Part shown: piece after piece, positions 10,832 to 20,414 of the stretch
Numbering within the stretch: the stretch's first letter is position 1
Layout of the letters: each line of letters begins with the position of its first letter
Virus record (IMG/VR): IMGVR_UViG_3300027833_000015
Coordinates: 64,001 to 128,000 of that record
DNA from: a virus
Reading direction: 5' to 3' (one strand)
Length of the DNA: 64,000 bases
Notes under the pieces: model-generated
The model's database searches: none
What the model was told of the DNA's origin: nothing
The model's input: the letters and a program-made list of their open reading frames with translations, nothing else
Translations under genes and position numbers: made by a program

Positions 10832-12736
10832 CTACCTAGTGTCGACAATTACTGCTTGAGTGAATGATTGGTCTGCATCATACTTCACGATATTATTCCG
10901 CACAGAGTTAATAACAGACTGGTTGGCAGGAACTGCGAATACCTTTATATAGTTCACCGAGTTGGGCACTGATTGCACAGTCAGTGATGTGATAGTCACG
11001 TTGCCTGTTAACTTATCATATGACCCCACGTTGTCGAGAACAATTTCGCCTTCTGTATCAATCATCTCAAGAGTGTTTGTTGCCTGTACTTGAAAGATGA
11101 CAGGGGTCACACCTGGACCAGAGATCTGAGTCCTTTGATCGAGTTTGTTTCGTATTGTGACAGTCTTGTTCTCATAAGAAAACTGCGAAGAGTATACGGA
11201 CGCAGAAGTAGATTGTTGGGCATCCCTTATAGGTGTTGGGAAAGAAACTGTATAGTCTCTTGTTGTTGCCAACTGTGGAACAATGCGTCTGTTGATAATA
11301 ACGTTCGCGCGAGATGATAACACAGAAGGATCCGTGGCATCGATATCAGTCAGTAAGTTGGACAGGCGAAATACTTGGGCAAACTTTCCTGTATTCTCTA
11401 TGAAGTAATCAGCAATAGACTGATCGACTGCTGCGCGAATGGAAGACGGAGACGCTCCAGACAGTGCAGGGTTGAACTGAAAGAACACCTCAGTAGAAAT
11501 ATATGTTACGACAGGGTCGGTGAATGTCAAAGAGAAAGAAGCAATCTGAAACTGGTCAGCAAGTGCAATAATGCCTTGTCGCGTGTTAGAGATTGCTGTG
11601 GCATTAAGGTTCTCTTTCCATACAATGGAAGTGAACACCGTACCGTAATCAGGTTCTGGGTTATCTTCACCACCCCAAGACTGAATGTCGGTGATGAATG
11701 TCGAATACTTCTTCAGTATCAGTGTAGAGTAGTCGTCAGAAGTTACCATTCTATTCTGTGCAGCAAACTGGTATGGTGCGTTCTTACGAATCGACTCAAT
11801 ACCTTCTTTTTCACCACCACCTGCTGCTCTCTGTATAACACTCACGGATAAATTATTCGGTGGAATTATAACCGAACCCAGTTTCACGTCAGATATAACT
11901 TCTACTGAAGAGATACCATTCGCCAAGTCTCCAGAGGTTCGAAGATAATCTACTTCGACAACCTGTCCTCCAGTCGGTGCAACACCAAGGGAAGTGCCAT
12001 TACCAAAAGACACTTCATAGTATGCATTGGGCGATTCGCGAAGAACATATAACCGAGAGGTAGAACTAACTGTTGATGCGTCAAGCAGATTTGTGTATAA
12101 GGAGAACTCACCACCATCTGTGATGGCAGAACTTTGGTCTTCAAACACTTTTATGATTGCTGTTGCAATATCAATTTCTTGGTCAGGAAGAACATAGACA
12201 GCATCGTTCGAATTACCGACTATAAATTGTAGACTGCGGTTGTCACCTTCGTGAAGTACGATTGGATTGTCTGGTGATGCTACAGGAAAAAATGTATAGA
12301 TGCCATTACTTCTTGTTGCTTTAAGGGCGAGTCTATTAGAGAACGTATAGTCAATGTCGTCTCTCGTTCCACGACAAATCAGTTCTCCAGGTTGTATAGA
12401 ATAGTTTTCGTCAAGTGATGGGATACCAACAGCATTCACTGCAAATGATATAGTCATTTCTGATGACTTCTTGGAGTCAGGAATATAACCCAATGACTCG
12501 GAAAGGGATATGACAGAAGGACGCAACTGTGCGGTGACAAGGAAAGATTCGTTCAGCGCAAAGTTTGTTTGCAATGCATTGTAGTGCGTGTTGTATGCAA
12601 GAACGTCGAGCACACTGCTTATGCCAGAACCCTCAAAGTCGTAGTCGTTGAATTCTCCAGTCGTCTTCAGGTACGTCTTGAGGTTTTCTTTGATCGTCTG
12701 AAAGTCTAGTTCAGTTGATTTGATTGTTGTGGTCAT
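10832..12736 (-). CDS. 6: Baseplate wedge subunit gp6
   Basis: LDFQTIKENLKTYL..FNDYDFEGS..LDVLAYNTHYN, AQNRMVTSDDY, WGGEDN. Confidence 0.95.
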   Translation of the reverse strand: MTTTIKSTELDFQTIKENLKTYLKTTGEFNDYDFEGSGISSVLDVLAYNTHYNALQTNFALNESFLVTAQLRPSVISLSESLGYIPDSKKSSEMTISFAVNAVGIPSLDENYSIQPGELICRGTRDDIDYTFSNRLALKATRSNGIYTFFPVASPDNPIVLHEGDNRSLQFIVGNSNDAVYVLPDQEIDIATAIIKVFEDQSSAITDGGEFSLYTNLLDASTVSSTSRLYVLRESPNAYYEVSFGNGTSLGVAPTGGQVVEVDYLRTSGDLANGISSVEVISDVKLGSVIIPPNNLSVSVIQRAAGGGEKEGIESIRKNAPYQFAAQNRMVTSDDYSTLILKKYSTFITDIQSWGGEDNPEPDYGTVFTSIVWKENLNATAISNTRQGIIALADQFQIASFSLTFTDPVVTYISTEVFFQFNPALSGASPSSIRAAVDQSIADYFIENTGKFAQVFRLSNLLTDIDATDPSVLSSRANVIINRRIVPQLATTRDYTVSFPTPIRDAQQSTSASVYSSQFSYENKTVTIRNKLDQRTQISGPGVTPVIFQVQATNTLEMIDTEGEIVLDNVGSYDKLTGNVTITSLTVQSVPNSVNYIKVFAVPANQSVINSVRNNIVKYDADQSFTQAVIVDTR

Positions 12737-13230
12737 TATCGAAACCTATTTAGATTAATGGTCGTTGTGAATCCATTATTATTTATTGTCAGTTCAACTA
12801 TGATGCGGACAGTATTGAGTACACGTTCGCCAAAGTTTGAGATACCCTGCTCTATAAGTTGATCACCAACGTAGTATTGTACCTTTTCTACATGCGCCCT
12901 TGGTTCCCAGCGTTTGATTTCTGTTTCTATTCTGGTTGTCAGTACAGATTCTGAGAAGTTAAGGTGCATATCAAAGAGCATTGCAGATATGTTTGCACCA
13001 AACGTTGGTTCGAATGGTTTTTCAAGGGTGTTTGTCATTAGGATATTTTGCACTGCTTGTTCAACAGCGCGGATATCTAACTTTTTATATATGTCTCCAG
13101 TGTATACACCATTCTCATCTGGACTACCCGTCTTGGGGGTGAACGAAAGGTCGATGTCAGAATAAAATTTCTTCTTCGTTGTAACCTTTGTCGACGGTGT
13201 CAGTCCAGGTGATATTCTTTGTAGTGCCAT
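12736..13230 (-). CDS. 25: Baseplate wedge subunit gp25
   Basis: YSDIDLSF, AVEQAVQNILMT..EKPFEPTFG, IKRWEPR. Confidence 0.9.
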   Translation of the reverse strand: MALQRISPGLTPSTKVTTKKKFYSDIDLSFTPKTGSPDENGVYTGDIYKKLDIRAVEQAVQNILMTNTLEKPFEPTFGANISAMLFDMHLNFSESVLTTRIETEIKRWEPRAHVEKVQYYVGDQLIEQGISNFGERVLNTVRIIVELTINNNGFTTTINLNRFR

Positions 13231-13257
13231 GGTGCGCTCCAGTTGATCTACTGGATC

Positions 13258-13265
13258 TATTTATA
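13258..13265 (-). promoter_or_regulatory. Late promoter TATAAATA upstream of gp25
   Basis: Exact consensus, intergenic. Confidence 0.75.
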
Positions 13266-13276
13266 CGCCTTCCAAC

Positions 13277-15721
13277 CTATGTTTCACCTATGTGAACAAG
13301 TTCGTTGCTCGAGTAGACTTTGCGGTTGAAATACGTGCACGCATACATACGATAAATTGCCTCAAAAGAAGGAGTCACTTCTGGCATGATAACGATCAAC
13401 TGTTGAGTCATTGTTCCATCTGGACGAGTTGTATCGTAATCCAATGACAACTGCTCATAGAACAGGTGGTCGCGAATGTATAATGCGAGGTCATATGTTG
13501 CTGCAAAATCGATCTTACCATGAGCATCATATAATGTGTACACAACCGCACGACCACTGTGCTTCAATTCACTTATGGTTTGTGGTATCGTGTTTCGAGA
13601 TTTTTGTATTTGCAAACCACCCAACTCATACTTAAATGGTTCTGTCCAGTATCGAGATCTCGTCGAAACTGATGGGTCGTACTGTTCGCGAATACCAGTG
13701 GCAGGTTTGTAATACCCTTCGGTAACTTGTAATCGATACGATGAGAATTCCTTTACAGCAGCGACTGCTTCCATCAACTCTGCATGCAAGTACCATTGCC
13801 GTGCAAGGTTTTGTCTGTCAGTAAGCATTGGTACTGAATCAATGGAGCACTTAGATCCAGGTGCACCAAAGAATTTAGATATAGTCGTTGACCTAGACAA
13901 CTTGGTCGAACTACTTATTGGGGCAGTTTGCGTGTCTGGGTTGTATATTGGATCTGCGACTATAGTCCGTGTGACTCCCTTTCTATTTTTTGGCATGAAT
14001 GTCTTTGAAATCCTTTCTATTGGATTACCAAGGAGAGTCTTACCGAACGCAGGAGTGGGAGATGCACCGCTGCGTCTCAACACGCCATAAGTTCCTGTAG
14101 GTGAACCTAAGAAATATCTCGGGTTCAATCTATTTTCAGTCACAAGGGAAACGATGCATTGTTCCCCATTAAGTTGGCCATCTGGTGCCGACTTACTATC
14201 CTGAGCACCCTCAAGAGTCCTCAGTTTCGAGCGTATCTCTGCTGTACTTGGAGTGTGCTTGAAGTAATGTGTATACTGATCGAGTTTAGATATCTTATTT
14301 TCAATAGTGTTATCCTTATCGACAACAACTTGCCGCACAGCATACGGTGAAATTTTATTCCACAATTCCCACCAGTTTCTTGTAGTGCTGAATTCATATG
14401 GAGTATCTACCCCACAGCGTGCTTTAGCAAGATCGTGGGAGGTGTCCAAGTCTTCATGGTTGAAGATCATGTATCGTATGTCTTCGTCCCAGAACATTTG
14501 ATACACGGGCGTTTCATAATTTTTATATTCTGACTCCCCGATAAAATCCTGTATGTCTGGCAGGTTAGAATATCCCTCATAAGGTTTTGAAACCGCATCG
14601 ATTATAATTTGCGCTGCTGTGCCTGCTTCGCCAGTGCTATCAGGAGTTGCTGATACCGCAAGTGCCGCTGACCCTGCTATTGCAGCAGATGTGGCATAAA
14701 TTGAATGCAGTGCTTCTGTTGCCATAAGTGAACGGTGAGCAGATTGTGCGTACTGAGCAAAATTAGATGTGTGTGCCTCGGACGCTTTGCCTATGAGGTT
14801 GCCTTGGAATACAGTTTTTCTACCGTTGTCATCGTCTGGACCAGTGTATAGTTTGCCAGTGTATATGAAATTCTCACCACCAATCTTTCCCGTTGCTCCT
14901 GTGACGACAACGTCATCACCAGAGATAACAGTGTTCGCACCAGATGAGGTAGTGAATTTCTGTTGTGCTGTGAATCGATTGTGTCTGGCAGAGTTCACAA
15001 TGAAGTCTCTGGCACTAATCATCCGTATGTCTTTCTTCGAAACAAATTTCACTTCCGAAGAATAGAAGTTAAACACGTCACCCCAGACCTTCACGTCTTG
15101 GTTGCCACGAACCAGTGTGCTGTGTATGTCAGCAACTTCTGTCAGGTGAGATCCGTTTACAGTGTGGTTGAAGTTTGCACCAACCCTCAAGTTATACGTG
15201 CCGCCCACGTCGACATTGTAGTCGCCATTGACAGTCAGGTTCAGGTCACCGTTGTATGTCAGGTTTCCTGCTCCACTTACGACCAACTCATGGTCTGCTC
15301 CAACAACCTGGATTTGGTGTGAACGTGATGCAATGGCAACAGAACCGTCTTGCTTCAACTCTACACCAGCACCTGTGTGGTGCTTGATCAGTATGCGCTC
15401 GTTTCCTGGAGTGTCGTCAATCTCGAACGAGTGGCCAGAAGGAGTGGTGTTTGCTTGGTTGAATGGATATATCGAAGACGTGGCGAATGGAACGTCAAAA
15501 CTGACACCCATAGTTGATCCACCCATCCAGAGATCGTTTATAATAATCCCACGAGCAGCACCACTTACGCTTGACTGGAACCAGTTATCTCTTTTCGGAT
15601 ATTCACCAGTCGGGTCAGCGTATCCATCTTGTGGGACGCCTGTAGTAGACTCTGCTTCGATCCCCCACACCCCTGCAGAAGTGTTTAGACGATCACCAAT
15701 CTTTGAATTATTCGTTGTCAA
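13277..15721 (-). CDS. gp5-like baseplate spike, C-terminal part (beta-helix) with a degenerate peptidase-M15-like tail domain
   Basis: DPTGEYP, YPFNQ..TPSGHSFEIDDTPGNERI..HHTG and V-x-G-x repeats (NLTVNGDYNVDVGG). Confidence 0.8.
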   Translation of the reverse strand: MTTNNSKIGDRLNTSAGVWGIEAESTTGVPQDGYADPTGEYPKRDNWFQSSVSGAARGIIINDLWMGGSTMGVSFDVPFATSSIYPFNQANTTPSGHSFEIDDTPGNERILIKHHTGAGVELKQDGSVAIASRSHQIQVVGADHELVVSGAGNLTYNGDLNLTVNGDYNVDVGGTYNLRVGANFNHTVNGSHLTEVADIHSTLVRGNQDVKVWGDVFNFYSSEVKFVSKKDIRMISARDFIVNSARHNRFTAQQKFTTSSGANTVISGDDVVVTGATGKIGGENFIYTGKLYTGPDDDNGRKTVFQGNLIGKASEAHTSNFAQYAQSAHRSLMATEALHSIYATSAAIAGSAALAVSATPDSTGEAGTAAQIIIDAVSKPYEGYSNLPDIQDFIGESEYKNYETPVYQMFWDEDIRYMIFNHEDLDTSHDLAKARCGVDTPYEFSTTRNWWELWNKISPYAVRQVVVDKDNTIENKISKLDQYTHYFKHTPSTAEIRSKLRTLEGAQDSKSAPDGQLNGEQCIVSLVTENRLNPRYFLGSPTGTYGVLRRSGASPTPAFGKTLLGNPIERISKTFMPKNRKGVTRTIVADPIYNPDTQTAPISSSTKLSRSTTISKFFGAPGSKCSIDSVPMLTDRQNLARQWYLHAELMEAVAAVKEFSSYRLQVTEGYYKPATGIREQYDPSVSTRSRYWTEPFKYELGGLQIQKSRNTIPQTISELKHSGRAVVYTLYDAHGKIDFAATYDLALYIRDHLFYEQLSLDYDTTRPDGTMTQQLIVIMPEVTPSFEAIYRMYACTYFNRKVYSSNELVHIGET

Positions 15722-17226
15722 AAGTTTTGCTCCACTATATCGATATTCTTATTTAGTGGTTCTAGAGTACTGGATATCCCTTTGCCCTCGAGTATCTCAA
15801 GGAGGTCTGTCGGAGACAGTGCTGACTGTTCGTATGAATTACTGTACATAGTTTGTTTACTGAAGTTATTTAAAGCATACTCTCTCACGTCAAATCCAGG
15901 GTCTACCTGCTCAGGGTCAATGTCCATGTGACCCAGAACCTGACCTCCAGGAAAATGGACAAAGAAAGTTTGCATTATTTGATAGAACGAATTATACTGA
16001 GACAGAGTCAGTGAACGGGCAGAAGCAACTTCGTACAGATCGTCAGAACCACTCGACACATTAAGACCTCCGACAAAACAAACACCAATAGAATATGCGT
16101 TATGGTTGTTGGTGGGGCAGTGTCTGCCTGGATAGTTTAAAGGCATCCCGCGTTCCACAGAACCATCCCTGCGGATGAGCAGGTGGTATGTATACTGGTC
16201 ATCATACATACTGAATCCGTTTAGGTATGCATTGGTGTATGTCTCCGTCCAATGCACGATCATCTCACTGACAGGTCTTGTGATGGTCGCCATGTCAGCA
16301 GAGAGTTCTTCAACAGAAGTAATGTCCTGTGAAAATTCTAAGTAGAACTCATTACCATCTACCACATATGGGTTGGGTCCAGGAAGTGGGGTTTCCTGAC
16401 TGATGGTGCCTGCGATGGTGCCTCTTGTTTGTGCCGAGGTATCCTTTAGTTGCCGTATAGATGCAGGAGACCCAGACGCCTGCTTCACATATATGGCAAC
16501 CAGTTCATCTCTTCCCTCACCCGAAAGTGTATCCAAGTCGAGGGCAAGTGGTGGTGGTTCTATGTCTGATGTGGGGTCTGGAATCAGCGTATCGCTGAAA
16601 AATGGGTTTGTCAGTGATGCTGGGGGCAGGTTAGGGATATCTCGTAATGGTTGAATAAAACCACTTCCCTCCATGAACGTGTATATGACATCTGCGGATA
16701 CTTTACTCAACTCTGATACTGATAAAATACCGCTGAATGATGATGAGATAAGCAACCTTGTGCCGCCAGTCAACTCCTCGGTTATCGATGCGAGTTGGTC
16801 GCTGATGCCGAATGCGCCAAGTACCGCATCAAACCCACCTGTGACTGCCAGTAGTTTTTGCTCATACAGGTTCACAAAACCATCAAGTTGATTTGTTATG
16901 ATAGCATCAACATTGAAGTCGCCTGCATTGATTGAACCGAATACGCTGTTCGACTGTAACACAGCAGACAGGGATTCTTTTGTCAAGGAAGGTGTGAAAG
17001 GCAACATCATATCTGCGACAGTGGTATACATTTCCAGAGGAATGTTTCCTGCGATGTCAGGGTCGAGACCCTTCATCACACCTGCCACATAACTGGCGAT
17101 TCCAGTGCGCACTGATTCGGGCATCGTGCCGCCACTCAAAGATGCGATGTTGTCCGCAGTCCCTTTGGCATTCTGTATGCCAGTTGCGACCATATTATTG
17201 AGGTTTGATTGAAAGGGTATTGCCAT
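15718..17226 (-). CDS. Virion-associated N-acetylmuramoyl-L-alanine amidase (Amidase_2/T7-lysozyme type) with long N-terminal region
   Basis: IVHWTE, YHLLIRRDGSVERG, HNAYSIGVCFVGG, GHMD..DPGFDV; start placed at MAIPF (17226) to avoid overlap with the upstream gene. Confidence 0.8.
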   Translation of the reverse strand: MAIPFQSNLNNMVATGIQNAKGTADNIASLSGGTMPESVRTGIASYVAGVMKGLDPDIAGNIPLEMYTTVADMMLPFTPSLTKESLSAVLQSNSVFGSINAGDFNVDAIITNQLDGFVNLYEQKLLAVTGGFDAVLGAFGISDQLASITEELTGGTRLLISSSFSGILSVSELSKVSADVIYTFMEGSGFIQPLRDIPNLPPASLTNPFFSDTLIPDPTSDIEPPPLALDLDTLSGEGRDELVAIYVKQASGSPASIRQLKDTSAQTRGTIAGTISQETPLPGPNPYVVDGNEFYLEFSQDITSVEELSADMATITRPVSEMIVHWTETYTNAYLNGFSMYDDQYTYHLLIRRDGSVERGMPLNYPGRHCPTNNHNAYSIGVCFVGGLNVSSGSDDLYEVASARSLTLSQYNSFYQIMQTFFVHFPGGQVLGHMDIDPEQVDPGFDVREYALNNFSKQTMYSNSYEQSALSPTDLLEILEGKGISSTLEPLNKNIDIVEQNF

Positions 17227-17242
17227 GATTGTGCCTAATCTA

Positions 17243-18616
17243 TTAAGGTGCGTTTTGGACACCAAAGAATGGTTGGTCGTATCCAAACCATTGTCGGTGG
17301 TATAGACTGCGCTTTAGCACTCCATTAAAGTATTTTGGTTTTGGTGCTGGTCTGTTAAAAAATGACTGAGAACTATTCGACTGCAACTTTCCGTCCCAAG
17401 GTTCTTTTGCAATGTTTCCCCTCTTGTAATCAACCCGACCAAGTCTTACTTCTCTTCTTCCCGTATATACTTCGCGCTGGCCAGCGACTTTTCCTCGGAC
17501 GGTATAATCAACAAACTCATAAGCGTTCGGGTCATCTTTATCTATCGACTGCATAGTTGCATATGCGATGTTGAGATGGTAAGAACCACCTGCGTCAAGG
17601 AGAGGTATCTCAGGTGTGGTCCGTCCCTCAGCGGATTCATCAAAGATTTCTTTTGACGTTGTATAGTCTAAAAAGAATCCTCTTACCGCAGGTGCCGTAA
17701 CAACACCATCAATTGCTTCCATTCCAGGATCTCGCGAGAACCAGAGGACTGCCTGTTCTGTTATAACCCCTGTTGGTACGATGAACTGCATCGTGGCGAA
17801 ATAGTCTGTATAGTTCGGCATTGTTATAGGCATCGAAAGAACCTGATCTGGTCGCACAAAGATAAAGTCTATCTCGTTGGGGATTCCCGCCCAAGTTGGC
17901 GTGTCGAAGTATGATGGCGAGTATCCATTAGCAGGATGAAAGCACATACCAAGCGAGGGAACAGCACTACTTCCAAAACCGCAAGTAGGGTTGGGGAATT
18001 TACCATTAACCGAACCAGGATATGCAGACGGGAGGATTAGTGCATCGTCTATGACAATGGGAGTGTCATTCCATTCTGGAGGGTACTGAAATTGTGGTGT
18101 ACTCGAATACACTGGTGGTGGGTTGGGCACTTCAGGCGTAGGTGCTGGTGCGGGGATTATGCTGCCCGATCCAGAGGTAGCGATATTTGGAGTGGTCTCG
18201 ATAGTGAGCATAAGTTCTGGTACACCGACTTCGTCGTCAAACTTCTCGATGTTGATGAAGTAGTCTGTTGATGTATTCAACTTTGCAACGCGAGTGTCGA
18301 CAGCACTTTCACCGCCTTGATCATAATCTATAACAAAGTATCCTGAACGATTCTGCACCAGAGAATTGCCAGATATTGGTGGGTCTCCTGGATTATCTTT
18401 AGATATCCATGCATTATAACTTGGCGCAATACCAGCACCCAAATGAGCATGAATGATCTCGCCTACATCGCCATCAAATGGAGTGGTAGAGAACTTCACA
18501 CTACGAATCTTGTCTGTCGGTACTGTGATCTTCTCTTGATAATCAGTACCAATACCGAGGGTTGCTGAGTCGAGCGCGCCCGCATATAAGACTGTGTCTG
18601 GGATAATGAATGTCAT
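17243..18616 (-). CDS. Hypothetical structural protein (two similar beta-rich domains joined by a Pro-rich linker)
   Basis: 457-aa ORF translationally coupled within the baseplate operon. Confidence 0.55.
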   Translation of the reverse strand: MTFIIPDTVLYAGALDSATLGIGTDYQEKITVPTDKIRSVKFSTTPFDGDVGEIIHAHLGAGIAPSYNAWISKDNPGDPPISGNSLVQNRSGYFVIDYDQGGESAVDTRVAKLNTSTDYFINIEKFDDEVGVPELMLTIETTPNIATSGSGSIIPAPAPTPEVPNPPPVYSSTPQFQYPPEWNDTPIVIDDALILPSAYPGSVNGKFPNPTCGFGSSAVPSLGMCFHPANGYSPSYFDTPTWAGIPNEIDFIFVRPDQVLSMPITMPNYTDYFATMQFIVPTGVITEQAVLWFSRDPGMEAIDGVVTAPAVRGFFLDYTTSKEIFDESAEGRTTPEIPLLDAGGSYHLNIAYATMQSIDKDDPNAYEFVDYTVRGKVAGQREVYTGRREVRLGRVDYKRGNIAKEPWDGKLQSNSSQSFFNRPAPKPKYFNGVLKRSLYHRQWFGYDQPFFGVQNAP

Positions 18617-19542
18617 AATTTTTTATCGTACGTGGGATCTGTAGACAATGGGGAAATATATTCCATGATCCTTTTCTTATCAGATGAAGACACTTGCATA
18701 CGATTCTTTGGTGCCCAGTTTCCTCTGCGCTTGGCGACTTGCGGTATGCCCCCGACGCCATCGCTATTATTAAACGTTTGGTCCAGCATGGTAGAAATGC
18801 TTTCAGGTTGTGCAGAGTTGATGACAATGAGGGGGAAGTTGTGTCTCTCATTGTCTACATCGTAGACTTGCGAGTCATTGAATGTTGCAGTGACACCACT
18901 GTATGCTCGGGGACGAGTTACCGAATATGTACCATTGCCGTTATGCGTGCGGGGTGCAATTCCACCCACTGATGACATTATGTTATGATACCCGATCCTG
19001 CCTTCATCCTGAGCAAACGTTCTCCTTTCTATCCATCCCCACAAGAACCCTGGTGCTGGAGGCAGATTTTGAGGGTCATAGGTTTCGCCTTCTTCCAGTT
19101 TCGGAAGTTCGATAATTAGTTCCCGCTCCACCCGAGCATAATATGGTCCAGGATATACATTCGGACGTTCGTCATATATCTGATCTTCACCATTTTCGTC
19201 GCAGTTACGGAAACAACTGTTTTTTATGGTTGCCTGTCTTGTCGGTAGTTGCATCTCACCGTTAATGAATAATATCCCAGTACCATATGTAATGTGATCG
19301 ATCTCTGTAACTTCTTCTGTGACTGCAATCCAACCGTCTTGACGACCTTGCTTGCTCGCGGAACCATTGAGTCTTCCAAACCGTTCGAAGTCTCTGTTCG
19401 AGTATCTACCGATAATTGACATGTTGGCAAGGAACCATGAGCGTATTGCACCTGCTGCGTTGGCGGTCAGATCCTTTACATCAAGTTGTTCATATAGGTT
19501 TGATACAAAAGTATTTACCTCATCTAATCTAACTTTAAGCAT
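18613..19542 (-). CDS. Hypothetical protein in the gp5 region
   Basis: 309-aa ORF with overlapping start/stop codons at both neighbours. Confidence 0.55.
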   Translation of the reverse strand: MLKVRLDEVNTFVSNLYEQLDVKDLTANAAGAIRSWFLANMSIIGRYSNRDFERFGRLNGSASKQGRQDGWIAVTEEVTEIDHITYGTGILFINGEMQLPTRQATIKNSCFRNCDENGEDQIYDERPNVYPGPYYARVERELIIELPKLEEGETYDPQNLPPAPGFLWGWIERRTFAQDEGRIGYHNIMSSVGGIAPRTHNGNGTYSVTRPRAYSGVTATFNDSQVYDVDNERHNFPLIVINSAQPESISTMLDQTFNNSDGVGGIPQVAKRRGNWAPKNRMQVSSSDKKRIMEYISPLSTDPTYDKKL

Positions 19543-20414
19543 TATCTTCCTCCGATCGTATCGCGGTATTGGTGCGCCAAAGCAATGGCGTCTGCTATGT
19601 TGACGGGTGTTAATGGGTGTAGATAGTATTTAGCGAGATACAAAACATGCTGGTCCATATCCCGAGTTCGTATCATTTTAGAATATGCTATTGACCGACT
19701 CGTCTTCAATTCATGCAAGACATACATCAACTGCCCTTGGTAGTCGGTAGTTTGACGAGAAGGAGAAAGTCTTTGTATGTATGAAACAAAGCGAGCATAG
19801 CGAGATGAGTCGGTGGGATATCCAACAATACCAAAACCGTTGCTCTCATTGTATTGGTCTAGTCCAGTGGCAGCATACAGCACAGCAGTAATGGAACATG
19901 CCTCGTATGATGTCATTCCGTTGTCTATAAAGAATCGTACCACACCAGCGGGATCTGAACCTAATGGTGCACCTACAGTTCCTGGGTTGTTGATATAGAA
20001 GACTGGGTCTTGCATCTGCGAGTTAGACTGCACGAAGTCGTACGCGAATGAATTAGTTGAGATATCTTGTCTTTGTGCTGCTTGTACACTTGTCGGATAT
20101 TCTACCCTCGGCAAAGAACCAAGTACCATAGGCAACTGTGAGTGTGTTCCATCAAGGAACATGCCAAAGACAAGAGTTGATGGTAATATCTGGCAGTGTG
20201 TACCGAACCCAGAACCACCAAATGTATCACTCGGTGTCATGACCTGCGCCCATGGTAGATCTTTTTGCGGGATGTCGTTCGTGTCGCCTGAGTGTATGCC
20301 GTGGATACGAACTTGCACTCGACCTTCCAGACCATATGGTGGAGAATTATCTATTACAGTTGCAACAAACCATCGGAAGTCGTCACCGTAATATTCTTTA
20401 TTCAAGATGCTCAT
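19542..20414 (-). CDS. 5: gp5 N-terminal OB-fold protein with a tail-lysozyme-like C-terminal domain
   Basis: FRWFVATV..GRVQVRIHGIH..DLPWAQV..VFGMFLDG..QLPMVLGS; the C-terminal half resembles Phage_lysozyme2 (QLMYVLHEL). Confidence 0.8.
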   Translation of the reverse strand: MSILNKEYYGDDFRWFVATVIDNSPPYGLEGRVQVRIHGIHSGDTNDIPQKDLPWAQVMTPSDTFGGSGFGTHCQILPSTLVFGMFLDGTHSQLPMVLGSLPRVEYPTSVQAAQRQDISTNSFAYDFVQSNSQMQDPVFYINNPGTVGAPLGSDPAGVVRFFIDNGMTSYEACSITAVLYAATGLDQYNESNGFGIVGYPTDSSRYARFVSYIQRLSPSRQTTDYQGQLMYVLHELKTSRSIAYSKMIRTRDMDQHVLYLAKYYLHPLTPVNIADAIALAHQYRDTIGGR

